Positions 1-11,498 of a stretch of DNA of 64,000 bases are shown here, one piece after another. The notes under the pieces are model-generated. The model did not search any database. It had not been told where the DNA came from and saw only the letters and a list, made by a program, of their open reading frames with translations. The DNA comes from Mobula hypostoma (lineage: Eukaryota), in the NCBI RefSeq assembly GCF_963921235.1, contig NC_086097.1, positions 18,664,001 to 18,728,000 of the forward strand. Direction: 5' to 3'. Both the position numbers and the translations under genes were made by a program. Within the stretch, counting starts at the first letter, position 1. Every line of letters begins with the position of its first letter.

Positions 1-43
1 AGTGTATTTAATTTGAGATGAATTGCCTGTGGCTTTAGTGTTA

Positions 44-280
44 AGACCATAAGACATAGGAGTAGAATTAGACCATTCATCCCATCGAGCATGCTCTGCC
101 ATTCCACTACAGTGATCTATTGTCCTTCTTAACCTCATCCACCCTCCTTTTCCCTGTGATGCCCTGACTAATCTACAACCGATCAATCTCTGCTCCAAGT
201 ATACCCAGTGACTTGACATGCACGTTTGTCTGAGGCAACAGGTTCACCGTGCTTTGGCTTACCTCCGTTCTAAAGGGTTG
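44..280 (-). mobile_element. CR1/HER1-type LINE 3' end fragment
   Basis: Begins with the reverse-complemented CR1 tail (aagaccataagacatagg...) that also starts the longer CR1 copies at 3704 and 48848. Confidence 0.7.
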
Positions 281-1016
281 TCATAGTGTTGTTCCGAATC
301 AAGCTGTATATTTCAGGATCAACTTTATTCATCATATACATTTACATGTATTAGGAATTTGCTGTGGTGTGGAAGCTACATGCAACAAAAATCAACAACA
401 TTCAACAATGAAAAAGAATAAAGAATTATATAAAGTAATGTTTCAGGTTAAAGTACGGATGTGGAATAAAATGTGCATAAATACTAGCATGTATTTACAA
501 TGTAAGCAGCATTATAAATACATGCTGGCATTTATATAATTATGCACATTGGAAGATCTATGTTGAGGTGTTCAGGACATTCAAAATGAATGTCACACAA
601 ATGCAGCAGATTTTGAAGTTATCTATTGTATTGACACAGACCTTAAAAGTGTTTTGGTGGAGTGTCATTGATTAAGGCACCGTCAGAGTTGATAAGTTGA
701 GGAACATGTTGATACAGTCTCAAAGTAAAAACTGGTATTTCAGGAGAAGCTACCAGCAGAGGCACACCGCCATGTTTGGGTGGAAACAGGTGAAGAGAGC
801 CATGTGTCCTCAACTTGGATATCACGAGGAGGACAAAATGGGGAGCACCAGAGTGATGGAAGGCTCAGGTGAGAATGTGAATAGTATTGTTCAGTTAAAA
901 AGAGGCCGATGCTTATTGTCTTTTTTACAATGCTGCATCAGATCCTGAGTAACAATAATTTTCCTCTCCTTTACACTTGTGCACTGAAGAATGGCAATAC
1001 ACAATCTTGAACCTTA

Positions 1017-1118
1017 AAGCAACACACATAAATTTCTGGAGGAGCTCTGCAGCTTAGGCAGCATCTATGGAAATGAGTAAACGGCTGACGCTTTGGGTGG
1101 AGACTCTTCTTTGGACCT
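1017..1118 (-). mobile_element. Degenerate short Penelope-derived terminal unit
   Basis: Similar to 19700-19795 (ggcagcatctatgga...gacgcttt...gagactctt); ends at the eroded hammerhead motif. Confidence 0.55.
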
Positions 1119-1639
1119 TGAATCTTAAATCTTGAATGCTGAGAGTGAAATTCCAAGAGCGGTAGCCGTGCTGGAAACAGTATTGTGACTCAGGCAAAAA
1201 GAAAAATATGATTTGAAAGCAGTTGATGATTACTTGTGCAAAGAAGAGACAGACAATGAGAAAAAAAATGAGAAAATTTAAAGAGAACATGGACTGTGAT
1301 TTCTGTCGTTTAGTTACCTGCATCTTCTCAAACACACAATCTACTGTTAAAACAGGAAAGAGGGTAGGAACACCACCTTCTTCTCAAGAGCATTTGGGGT
1401 CATGCCATAAATTCTGGTCTTACCTAGTCTTAACTGTCATGGTCACATCTCTAAAACCTAATTTAAAAGCGAAGTCTGATCGGTGATGCTCAGGGAACTT
1501 CCAACTGAGAAGGATTAGTCAATAAATGAAGTGGCAACTGAAATTAAGATGTGGTTTCTTTATTTATATTCTGGACATTGGAAAATCAAACTCTAGGAAA
1601 TAAAGTGAAACTAGGATTGCTCAGGTGACCCCAATGTTT

Positions 1640-2342
1640 ATTTTATTTACTCGGAGATAGAGCGGGTAATAGGTCCTTCTAGTCCAACGAACTACACCGC
1701 CCAGCAACCCACCTATTTAATACTAGCCTAATCACAGGGCAATCTACATGGCCTCCTAACCTACCAACCATCTTTAGCCCAGGCAACCTGTTCATATTCT
1801 ATACCTTCACAGTATGGTCCAGGTCAATTTTGACCCGGCCCAAGAATCCACTCATAACAAGTGTCTGTACCAAATTTTAAACCACAGATCTATTTAGAAT
1901 GTATAAATAACCTATCTGACATTAATAAATGGGTGATTAATCCTTAATTAATGTTTCAGTGATCTAAAATCCATTTCAATAGATAAGGGTCAAATTTGAC
2001 CCAGAACAGCCTCAATGTACGAAACTTTGTAGCATCTGTACAAACGTATAAAATTTTTAAATATTTTCATTTTTGCGCATTTTGGGTCACTTTAGGAAAA
2101 GTCATCAAATTTTGGCTAAAAAAATGCATTTAGGGTGTTTTTACTGCTGTCAAATGTCAAAACGGGTCAAATTTGACCCAGACAGTATGTATAGCTTAAA
2201 CTGTGGGAGGAAACCAGAGTACCAGGCGTAAAGACACATGGTTCAGAGGGAGAAACTCCTGATAGACAGCACTGGATTTGAACTTCAAACTCTGGAATGA
2301 CCCAAGCTGGAGTAGCATTGTGCTATATGCTACAATACCATG
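1640..2342 (-). mobile_element. V-domain (HE1-like) SINE split by a MITE
   Basis: Reverse complement of the V-domain (ctgtgggaggaaaccagagtacc) at ~2201; 3' part at 1640-1773; homologous to the intact copy at 2504. Confidence 0.7.
1774..2199. mobile_element. piggyBac-like non-autonomous element (MITE)
   Basis: Bounded by TTAG and TTAA; three copies of palindrome GG(G)TCAA(A/T)TTTGACC(C) at ~1822, 1987 and 2164; non-coding; interrupts a SINE. Confidence 0.6.
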
Positions 2343-2503
2343 GGAGTAGCTTCACCAGCAGTTCTGAAAGTGCATTAGCACCATCTTCTCAGGAGCAGTC
2401 AGGGACTTGCCACAAATTCAAGACTTACTTGTGATGCTGGCATCTCAAAAAATTAATTTTAAGAAAAAGTCTGACTGGCTATGCTCAGGGAACTTCCAGC
2501 TGA

Positions 2504-2781
2504 GGTACCACAGTAGTGTAACCTTTAGCAAGAGGCTATTACAGTTCAGGCATCAGAGTTTGGAGTTCAATTATGACGTCCTCTGTAAAAAAAAAAGTTT
2601 GTACATTCTTCCCGTGTGCACATGGGTTTCCTCCAGTGCTCCCGTTTCCTCCCACAGTCCAAAGGTGTACTGGTCACTGCAAATTGTCCTGTGAGTAGGC
2701 TAGGGTTAAATTAGTGGGTTGCTGGGCGACGTGACTTGGTAAGCCAGAAATGCCTCCCCTGCACTGCATCTTTAAATAAAT
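2504..2781 (+). mobile_element. V-domain (HE1-like) SINE
   Basis: tRNA-like head with B-box-like gagttcaatt, V-domain gggtttcctccagtgctcccgtttcctcccacagtccaaag, and taaa tail. Confidence 0.8.
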
Positions 2782-3703
2782 ATAGTGAATGAAAGAAGTG
2801 AAAACTGAAATTAAGAGCTAGTATCTTTACTTGTATTTTGGACAAGGGAAAATCAAGCCCTAGGTAGCCAATGGGCAATGAATATCTTCGATATGGTGAG
2901 ACTGGGATCTCTCAGGTGACCCCCAGTCTTCATGGAGCTCCCTGGTTAAGAGATTAAACGAGGAATGTTAAAGAGAGTGGGGAGCAAAGGCTGTAGGTGA
3001 AGCATTCAGGTAGGGCAGAGGTCAAGATGCTTTCTTTAAAAAACAAAGCAGTGTGGATGGATCTGGGTTCTAAACAATGGCTGAAAAAGGAATGAAGAAA
3101 GAAGGTGAAGGGATTAGAATCTGGAAGAAAAAGTGAGTAAAGAATGAATGCACGACACAATGAGAACAGAAACAGTGTTAAATGGTAATCTGAGCAGAGG
3201 CTGTTTTCAATGAGTTCATAATATTGAATACTACAGCAAGTACACTGTATAATTGTCATTGTTGCCATTATTAACCAGATTTATTGGACACTTGTAATAC
3301 AGTTTCTTTAAATTGTGTTTTATATACAGGGGACATAAGGAGATGACTGATCCATGGTTTGTAATATTGTCTGTTTGAAGTCGTTGTGGTAATTATGTTA
3401 ATAATATCATAATGGAGAAAAATGCCAGAGAAAATGTGTACAAGATCTACATGAAGATGTGATTTATTGGAATCACTGGTGCATGAAGTAGATATTCAGA
3501 ATGTTCAGTGCACCTTTCACTGAAGGGTTTTTGTAGATGAGGAAATGAAAAAGAGGCCAGCACAATTTCACAGCTAGTAAAGTCACTTCGTCACAATGCC
3601 AGAGACCCCAGTCCTGACCTCTGATTCTGCTTGCATAAATCCTCCCTGTGATCACGTAGATTCCCACTAGGTGCTCCGATTTCCTCACACCATTAGACCA
3701 AAA

Positions 3704-4225
3704 TACCATAAGACATAGGATCAGAATTAGGCCATTCAGGCCATCGAGTCTGTTCCACCATTCAATCGTGACTGATTTATTTTCCCTCTCTACCCTATTC
3801 TCTCCTTCTCCACCTACTCCTTGATGCTCCTATTAATCAAGAGCACATCAACCTACACTTTAAATATATACAATGACTTGGTCATCACCGCAGTTTGTGG
3901 CAATGAATTTCACAGATTCACCACCCTCTGGCTAAAGAAATTCCACCTCATTTCTTTTCTAAATGGACATCCTCGTATTCTGAGGCTAAGTCCTCTGGTC
4001 CTAAACTGCTGGAAACATCCTCTCCATGTCCACTCTATTTAGGTCTTTCAATAGGTGATAGGTTTCAATGTGACTCCCCTCACTCTTCTAAACTCCAGTG
4101 AGTAAAGGCCCAGAACCACCAAATGCTCCTTCTATTTCCAAGATTATCCTCGTGAACCTCCTCTGGACCCTCTTTAATGTCAGCACATCCTTGCTTAGAT
4201 AAGGGGCCCAAAACTGCTCACAGTA
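3704..4225 (-). mobile_element. CR1 LINE 3' fragment
   Basis: Collinear with 31674-32230 (3' UTR plus end of ORF2). Confidence 0.85.
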
Positions 4226-4321
4226 TTCACAGTACTCAGAATACAGAGTACTGTGAGTCAATATCAAAGCCTTATAAAGACTCAGGATGTATTTGGTCCA
4301 TTAATTGGCTATTCTACATTG

Positions 4322-4545
4322 CCCAAAAAGCAAAGTGCTGGAGGAACTGTTCAGTGAGTTAGCCAACATCTGTGGAGGCAAAGAGATGGTTAGCACTTCA
4401 AGATGAGACCTGGCACCAGGTCCTAATGAAAAATCTCAACCCAAAACATCAAGCATCCTTCTACCTCCACAGAAGATGCCTGACCTGTTGAGATCCTCCA
4501 ACGTTTTGTTCTTTGCTCCAGATTACAGCATCAGCAGAGTCTTGT
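4322..4545. mobile_element. Old palindromic Penelope-derived unit
   Basis: Diverged inverted arms (gctggaggaac...catctgtggagg / cctccacagaagatgcc...cctccaac) with the junction at an eroded hammerhead motif. Confidence 0.6.
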
Positions 4546-4996
4546 GTCATCATTGCAAACTGGCCCCAGTGCAGGGGTTCCCAACCTTTTGTAAGCCAAG
4601 GACCAATACCATTGAGCAAGGGGTCCGTGGACCCCAGCTTGGGAACTCTGCCCTGGTGTGAAAGCGTGTGGAACAAGCTGAGGGAATTGACGAGAATTTA
4701 GGAAGAACAAAAATAAACAAGATTAATGTTATATGACTGCAAATGGGTGATGATGGTCAGTGAGGAGTCAATGGGCTTAGCGGCCTGTTCCCATGCATTA
4801 TCTCTCTATGACGCTAAGAATCTGAGTGAATTTATGTCTGTGTACATTCAGAACTGTGGATATACTGTATGACATTGAAAATAATTAAATTATTGTAGGT
4901 AAACAGTAATTTGATGTTTTAATTTACTGTTTATATTTCTTGGTAAGGATATGTTGAAAGGCAGACAGCGGAACATTTACTGTGTGCATATTTTTG

Positions 4997-5240
4997 GGTG
5001 CCACAGTCGTTGTAACGGAAAGCACAACACTATTATAGCACAAGACATTCTGGAGTTCAAAGTTCAATTTCAGTGCTGTCTGTAAGCCGCAGGTATGCTC
5101 TCCCTGTGTGTGCTTCGGTTTCCTCTGGGGGCATGCATTTCCTCCCGTAGTCCAAACAGTGAGTAGGTTAATTATGTAAATTCTGCTGTGATTAGGCAGT
5201 GTTGATTAGGTGGGTATTGGGCGCCACTGGGCAAAGAAGC
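4997..5240 (+). mobile_element. V-domain SINE, 3' truncated against the Gypsy element
   Basis: Homologous to 2504-2781; V-domain ggtttcctctgggggcatgcatttcctcccgtagtccaaa. Confidence 0.75.
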
Positions 5241-8094
5241 ACTCACCTGTGTATACAAAGGTCAAAAACACAAGATAGAGTTTGAAATAGTACAGCAACA
5301 TGTTCCAGCAATACTGGGCAAAGCAACGTGCACAAAGCTAGGCCTGGTGAAGCGAATATATGGTGTTGAAAAAGAAAATGACATTCTCGAAGACTTCGAT
5401 GACTTGTTTTCTGGATTAGGATGTTTACCCGGGAAACACCATATCCAGATTGATCCAACTATTGCACCAGTCATGCATGCCCCGAGAAAGATTCCAGTAG
5501 CTCTCAGGGATCAAGTAGTGGAGGAGCTACACAGAATGGAACAGATGGGAGTCATAACAAGACAAATAGAACCGACTGACTGGGTGAATAGTATGGTGAC
5601 AGTGGTCACAGAAAAAAAGACGAGGATTTGCATGGATCCACAAGATCTCAACCAAGCCATCAAAAGAGAGCACTATCCACTGCTCACGGTTGAAGGGGTT
5701 GTCTCCCGCATGCCTAATGCGAAATACTTTTCAGTATTAGACGCAAATCAAGGCTTCTGGCAGATCAAGCTGGATGAAGAAAGTTCCAAATTATGCACTT
5801 TCAACACGCCCATAGGGAGATATCGTTTCCTGCGTCTACCCTTTGGGATTTCTTCTGCATCAGAGGTATTCCAGAGATCCGTGGCACAAATGATTGAAGG
5901 CCTGGATGGGGTGGCCAACAACATTGATGATTTGCTGATATGGGCTGACACAATTGAGGAACATGATCAGAGACTGAGGAAGCTCCTGGAGAGAGCACGT
6001 GAGTACAACCTAAAACTGAACAAAAGTAAATGTAAGATCAGAACTACAGAGATCAAATACATAGGTCATGTACTCAGTGCTGATGGGCCAAAACCAGATG
6101 ATGAAAAGGTCAGAGCTGTGGTACAGCTACCACCACCCAAAGACAAGCAAGAACTATTGAGGCTCATGGGCATGATACAGTATCTTGCCAAATTCATTCC
6201 CAACTTATCAGAGGTCAGCGCTCCACTCCGAAAGCTACTAGAGAGCAACGCTGAATGGCATTGGGAAGACGAACAAAAGAAAAGTTTTGACACATTGAAG
6301 CAGTTGGTTACCAATGCACCAGCACTCAAGTTCTATTTGTCAATAAACCGGTGATGATGTCTGTGGATGCCAGTTCGGAGGGAATGGGAGCTGTTATACT
6401 GCGGGATGGGAGGCCTGTGGCGTATGGATCACAAGCACTTACGGACTGTCAACGCTGATATGCTCAAATCTAGAAGGAATTACTCCCCATAGTTTATGGG
6501 TTTGAGAAGTTCCACCAATATGTATATGGCAAAGAAATCCAGGTTGAGAGTGATCACAAACCACTAGAGAGCATCTTCAAAAAGCCACTCCACCAAGCTC
6601 CCATGAGGCTGCAAAAGATACTTCTCAGGCTCCAGAGGTACACTCTCACAGTCACCTATAAGCCAGGAAAAGAACTGCACATCGCTGATGCTTTGAGCCG
6701 TGCTTACCTCAAAGAGCAATAGGAAGAGTTGCTAGGAAGAGAGCTGGAGGTGAACTGGGTTACACCTCAGCTACCCATCTCTGAGGAGAAGTTGAACATG
6801 TTCAGGAAAGTGACTGCAGGTGATCCTGAAATGCAAATGCTAAGAGACATTACAATGAATGGATGGCCAACAGAAGGAAAAGATGTTCCAAAGGAAATGC
6901 AGAAATACTGGACATTTAAAGAGGAAATCAGCTATGCATCAGGACTAATGTTCAAAACGGCAAAACTCATCGTTCCAAACCAAATGAGACAGGAGATGCT
7001 CAACAGAATTCATGAGTCACACCTGGGGATAGTGAAATGTAAAGAAAGAGCGAGGGACATTCTCTATTGGCCAGGCATGTCAACTCAGATAGAGGACATT
7101 GTGTCTCAGTGTGCTGTCTGTAATGAAAACAAAAACAGCAATCCAAGAGAGCCTCTGCTTCCCCACCCACTACCAGGAAGGCCATGGGAGAAGATTGGCA
7201 CAGATCTCTTTCACTACAATGGTACAGAATATCTGCTTTGTGTGGACTACTATTCAAAATATCCGGAGATCACCAAGTGACGCGTCCAGTCGAGGTGTCA
7301 TTACCGCAATGAAGTCGACATTCACAAGACATGATATTCCAGATATTGTCGTTAGTGACGATGGTCCACAATATGCCAGTGGTGAGTTCAGAGGGTTCTC
7401 AGAAAGCTGGGAATTTCAACATGTTACTTCCAGTCCAGGGCACGCTCAGTCTAATGGACAAGCAGAGAGAACTGTACAAACTGACAAGAACATGCTCAAG
7501 AAGGCACAAAGCAGCAACGGTGACCCTCACATTGCTCTGCTTGAATACCGCAACATACCGATTGAGGGTGTGGGGTTCTCTCCTGCGCAGCTGCTGATGG
7601 GATGTCGTCTGAAGTCCAAACTGCCAACATCCACAACTCTACTGACTCCTGAAGGTAACGCTCAAGTACATGACAAGCAAAAGTACAAGCAAATAAAGCA
7701 AAAGAGCTACTCTGACAGACATACAATACAGTTGCCAGATCTGCATACAGGTGAAAATGTCAGAATACGGAGAGGAGACACTTGGCAACCAGCTGTGGTT
7801 GTGAACAGACATCAGCAACCAAGATCCTTCATAGTTCGCACGCCGGATGGAAGAGTCTACAGGAGGAACAGGAAGCATCTGCTGAAGACAGGCGAGAGGG
7901 AGTTTCCACGTACAGATGCACAGGACATTTCCACATGTACAGACATGGAAACAAACGACACCAAGAGTGATGTAGACCACAGAGACAGAGAGGGCACTCG
8001 AGAGACTGACACGGATGAAGGACAAGCACAGTCACAGTTGTATCACACACGGTCTGGGAGACAAGGCAAGCTTCCAGCTCGATACAGAGACTAG
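5241..8094 (+). pseudogene. pol: Gypsy pol pseudogene (RT, RNase H, integrase)
   Basis: LDANQGFWQI, RLPFG and NIDD RT motifs; DAS...YAQI RNase H; HESHLG...CAVC zinc finger, DLF, SDDGPQY and SNGQAER integrase motifs; frameshifts near 6335 and 7277; stops near 6457, 6471 and 6720. Confidence 0.92.
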
Positions 8095-8349
8095 ACATAC
8101 ATACAGTCTCACACAGTTTGAGGCAAAGTCACACATGTCATAAGTTCCGAGGTGTGAAATAAAAGGTTTATTAATCGATGTTAGTAAAACAAAATACACT
8201 GCTGTTAGTATTGTAAGATACAATGCAGAATACAGTACAAGAAGGTAAGATTTTTTTTAGCTTATGTCATGGTTGTTGCACTATAAGAAGGCATAGAGGC
8301 ATTGTTTTGGTAATTCACAGTGTTGTAAAGAAAATCTTGAGAAGGGGGA

Positions 8350-8476
8350 TGTAATGTATTGTGTAGCGTCAGAGTGCGTATGACATCAGGACGTGGAAAA
8401 GGTTTAAAAATGGAAGTCTGATGAATAAACGAGTTTGTTCAATCTACAGTGGTGTCTGAGTCACATCAATATTATA
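8350..8476 (+). repeat. 3' LTR (~127 bp)
   Basis: Follows the PPT; termini TGTAAT...ATTATA (near-inverted, CA to TA decay); internal AATAAA. Confidence 0.8.
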
Positions 8477-8885
8477 GAAACGAGAGCGACGCACTAAGTG
8501 TTCGCAGGAGAAGAGGTATTGACACACTCAGTACCTCTATGAGGAGAGAGAGTGATACACTGTGTGCTTGCACAAGGAGAGAGAACTGTTTACACTCTGT
8601 ATTGCACGATGAGGGAGAGTGACACAATGTGCCTGTCGGAACTGGGAATATGACACAATGTGCTTGCATGTGGAGAGAGAACTGTACACTACATGCTTGC
8701 ACAAGGAGAGCGAATGACCCACTGTGGGCATGCAGGAAGAGTCCGGACAACAGACTCTGTGCAGGAGGGAGAACTGTAGACTCTGTGCCTGCACGAGAAA
8801 GGGGGATGACGCACCATGTGGCTGCCCTAGGAAAGAGTAACACACACTCTGAGCCTGCAAAAAGAAAGAGAAATATCCACACTGT

Positions 8886-9052
8886 AAACGCAAAATAATC
8901 TGCAGATGCTGGGGTCAAAGCAACACTCACCACACGCTGGAGGAACTCAGCAGGTTGGGCAGCATCCATGGAAAAGATTGGTCGACGTTTCAGGCCGGAA
9001 CCGTGACGAAGGGTTCCGGCCCGAAACGTCGACCGATCTTTTCCACGGATGT
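8886..9052. mobile_element. Palindromic Penelope-derived unit with 12-bp TSD
   Basis: TSD tatccacactgt at 8874-8885 and 9053-9064; inverted arms meet inside the hammerhead motif. Confidence 0.85.
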
Positions 9053-10536
9053 TATCCACACTGTGTCTGCAAGATGAGAAGGAATGACACACACTGTGCT
9101 TGCAGGAGGAGAGATAACTCTACACTCTACGTCTACATGAGGAGGGATAAAGACACACTTTGTGCCTGCACGAGGAGAATGACTGTGCTTGAAAGAGGAG
9201 AGAGAACTGTATGTTCTGTGTCTGCACCAGGAGGGAGAAATGTAGACTCTGAGAATTACACATACTGTGCCTGAACAAGGAGAGATAATGACAGACTGGC
9301 CTAGCATGAGGAGGGACAAACACATACACTGATCCTGCAGGAAGAGGCAGAATGGCACGCTGTGTCTGCATGGGGAGAGCTTACTGTACACTCTGTGTCA
9401 GCACGAATAGAGATAAGGAAACTACGTCTGCATAACCACAGAGAATGATGCAGCCAGTGCCTGCCTGAGGGGGAAAATGATTCTGAGAGCCCGCACAAGG
9501 GGAGAGAATCACACAATCTACGCCTGCATGAGCAGACCCAACAACAGAGTCTGAGTACACCAGAAAAGGGAACGACAACACCTTGTGCATACACAAGGAG
9601 CGAGAAAACACACATTGTGCTTGCTCATCGAGGGAGAACGGTACACTCAGAGAGAAGTGGACACAGTGCCCAGCACGAGGACAGTGAATGATGCTCCCTG
9701 TCCTTGTCGATACGGGAGAACAGCAGACACCGAGCCTGCATGAGGAGGGAGGACGGCACACTCAGTTGCCAACACCACGGAGCACAGTGGCACAACAATG
9801 CGGGCACGAGGTGGAAGAATGAGGGACTCTGTGCTTGCTCAGGGAAAGAGAAGGACACGTCTGCACGAGGGGACAGGTTACTTCGTGCTTGCCAGTGGAG
9901 AGAGAATTGGACAATCTGTCCCTGCACGAGGAGGGAGAACTGTAGACCTTGTCCCTGCACGAGCAGGGAGAGCAAAACACTCGATCTCTGCAGGAGGAGG
10001 GAAAATAACACACTCTGTTCCTCCATCAGGAGGGAGAATAACACACTCTGTCCTTGCACAAGGAGGGAGGATAACACAATTTATCCCTTCAAGAGGAGGG
10101 AAAATAACACACTTCGTCCCTGCATAAAGAGGTAGAAAAACACTCTCTGTCCCTGCACAAGAAGGGAGAATAAAACACCATCTGTGCCCCTAGAAGAGAA
10201 AATGACACGCTCCTTGCTTGGACAAGCAGTAAGAACTGTACGGTACATACCTGCAGGAGCAGAGAGAAATACGCACCCTGTGCTTGCGTGAGGAGGGAGT
10301 GCAATGCACGCTGAGCTTCCACCAGTAAAGAGAACGACTTACTCTGTCCTTGCACAAGGAGAGTGAATGATACGCTCTCTGCGTGCACCACGAGAGAAAA
10401 CCGTACTCTCTGTGCCTGCACGAGGAAGGGGAATGAATACTCTGTTCCTCCTCAAGGGGAGAGTATGACACATTCTTTGCCTGAACAAGGGCTGAGAACT
10501 GTGCACACTGAGCCTGCACTGCTTTATCTGCCCTGA

Positions 10537-11086
10537 TGCCAGGAGCCGTCTGTAGAGGGGAGGGTACTGACAGTACCTCCAGTTGATCTGTCTTTTTGTG
10601 TGTTTGCCCCGAGCCATCAGTCTGTGGTTTTGCATTGCCACGTGCTCTTATTTGTTTTCATACCCCATGTGATCCTGTCCCCACTCCTGCTCCACTCCGG
10701 CCCCTGTATTACTGAGTACTCCGTCTCTCATCTCTTTCTCATTATTACCTGTTTTGCTGCCACTTCTGTCTCATTGTGCTCCACCTATCATCTGCCTCTC
10801 TGTTTATTGCTCAGTGTATTTTAGTCCTATGTTTTCACCTGTTTGTTGCCAGATTCGCCAGTAAATTATCCTGAGCCTTTCCAGCATTTGTATTTGTACT
10901 CTGTCTGTCTGAATATCGACTCTGCCTGTTTCCCAGTTTTGGTTTTTGGATTTCTCTGGATGTTTTGGTCTCTGCCTGAACTTTGACGCCAACTCTGTTG
11001 CCCCCCCCTGGATTTGCTACTCAGTAAATGTCACAGTGCACACAGTACTCGGTCTGCAATTGGGTCCCTGCTTCAGCGTCCTGACA
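10537..11086 (+). mobile_element. Probable solo LTR
   Basis: Termini tgccagga...tcctgaca (near-inverted, TG...CA); non-coding; interrupts the satellite; no TSD recognised. Confidence 0.6.
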
Positions 11087-11498
11087 GGTACACTCTGTGA
11101 TAGCACAAAGAGAGACACTACGCATTCTGTGCCTGCACGGGAGGAGATTAAGGCACACTGTGCCTCCTCCTGGATATAGAACTTCACCATCTATCCCTGC
11201 ACAATAACACACCGTGCATGCACAAGGAGAGAGATCAACGCACTTGGGAGCTGGAATGGCTCATATTGTGCCTGCAGGAGGAGAGAGAACAATCTACTCT
11301 GTGCTTTCATGAGGAGAGACCTGCATACTCAGTGTCTGTGTGAGGAGGGAGAACGATGAATCTGCTATATATTTGCATGTGAAGTGAGAACTGTGCTCTC
11401 TGTGCCTGTGTATGGAGAGAAACAACATTCTCTGTACATGGTTGCACGTGAATTGAGAAATGCACCCTTTGTGCTTGTACGTGGAGAAGGAACTACAC

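Larger units (their letters stand above)
5241..8476 (+). mobile_element. 5'-truncated Ty3/Gypsy LTR retrotransposon (Mag-like)
   Basis: Domain order protease end, RT, RNase H, integrase, then polypurine tract gagaaggggga and a short LTR. Confidence 0.93.

Noticed and set aside
8472..10641. Many overlapping 80-200 aa ORFs
   Set aside because: Products of the degenerate satellite and a palindromic insert; no domain motifs
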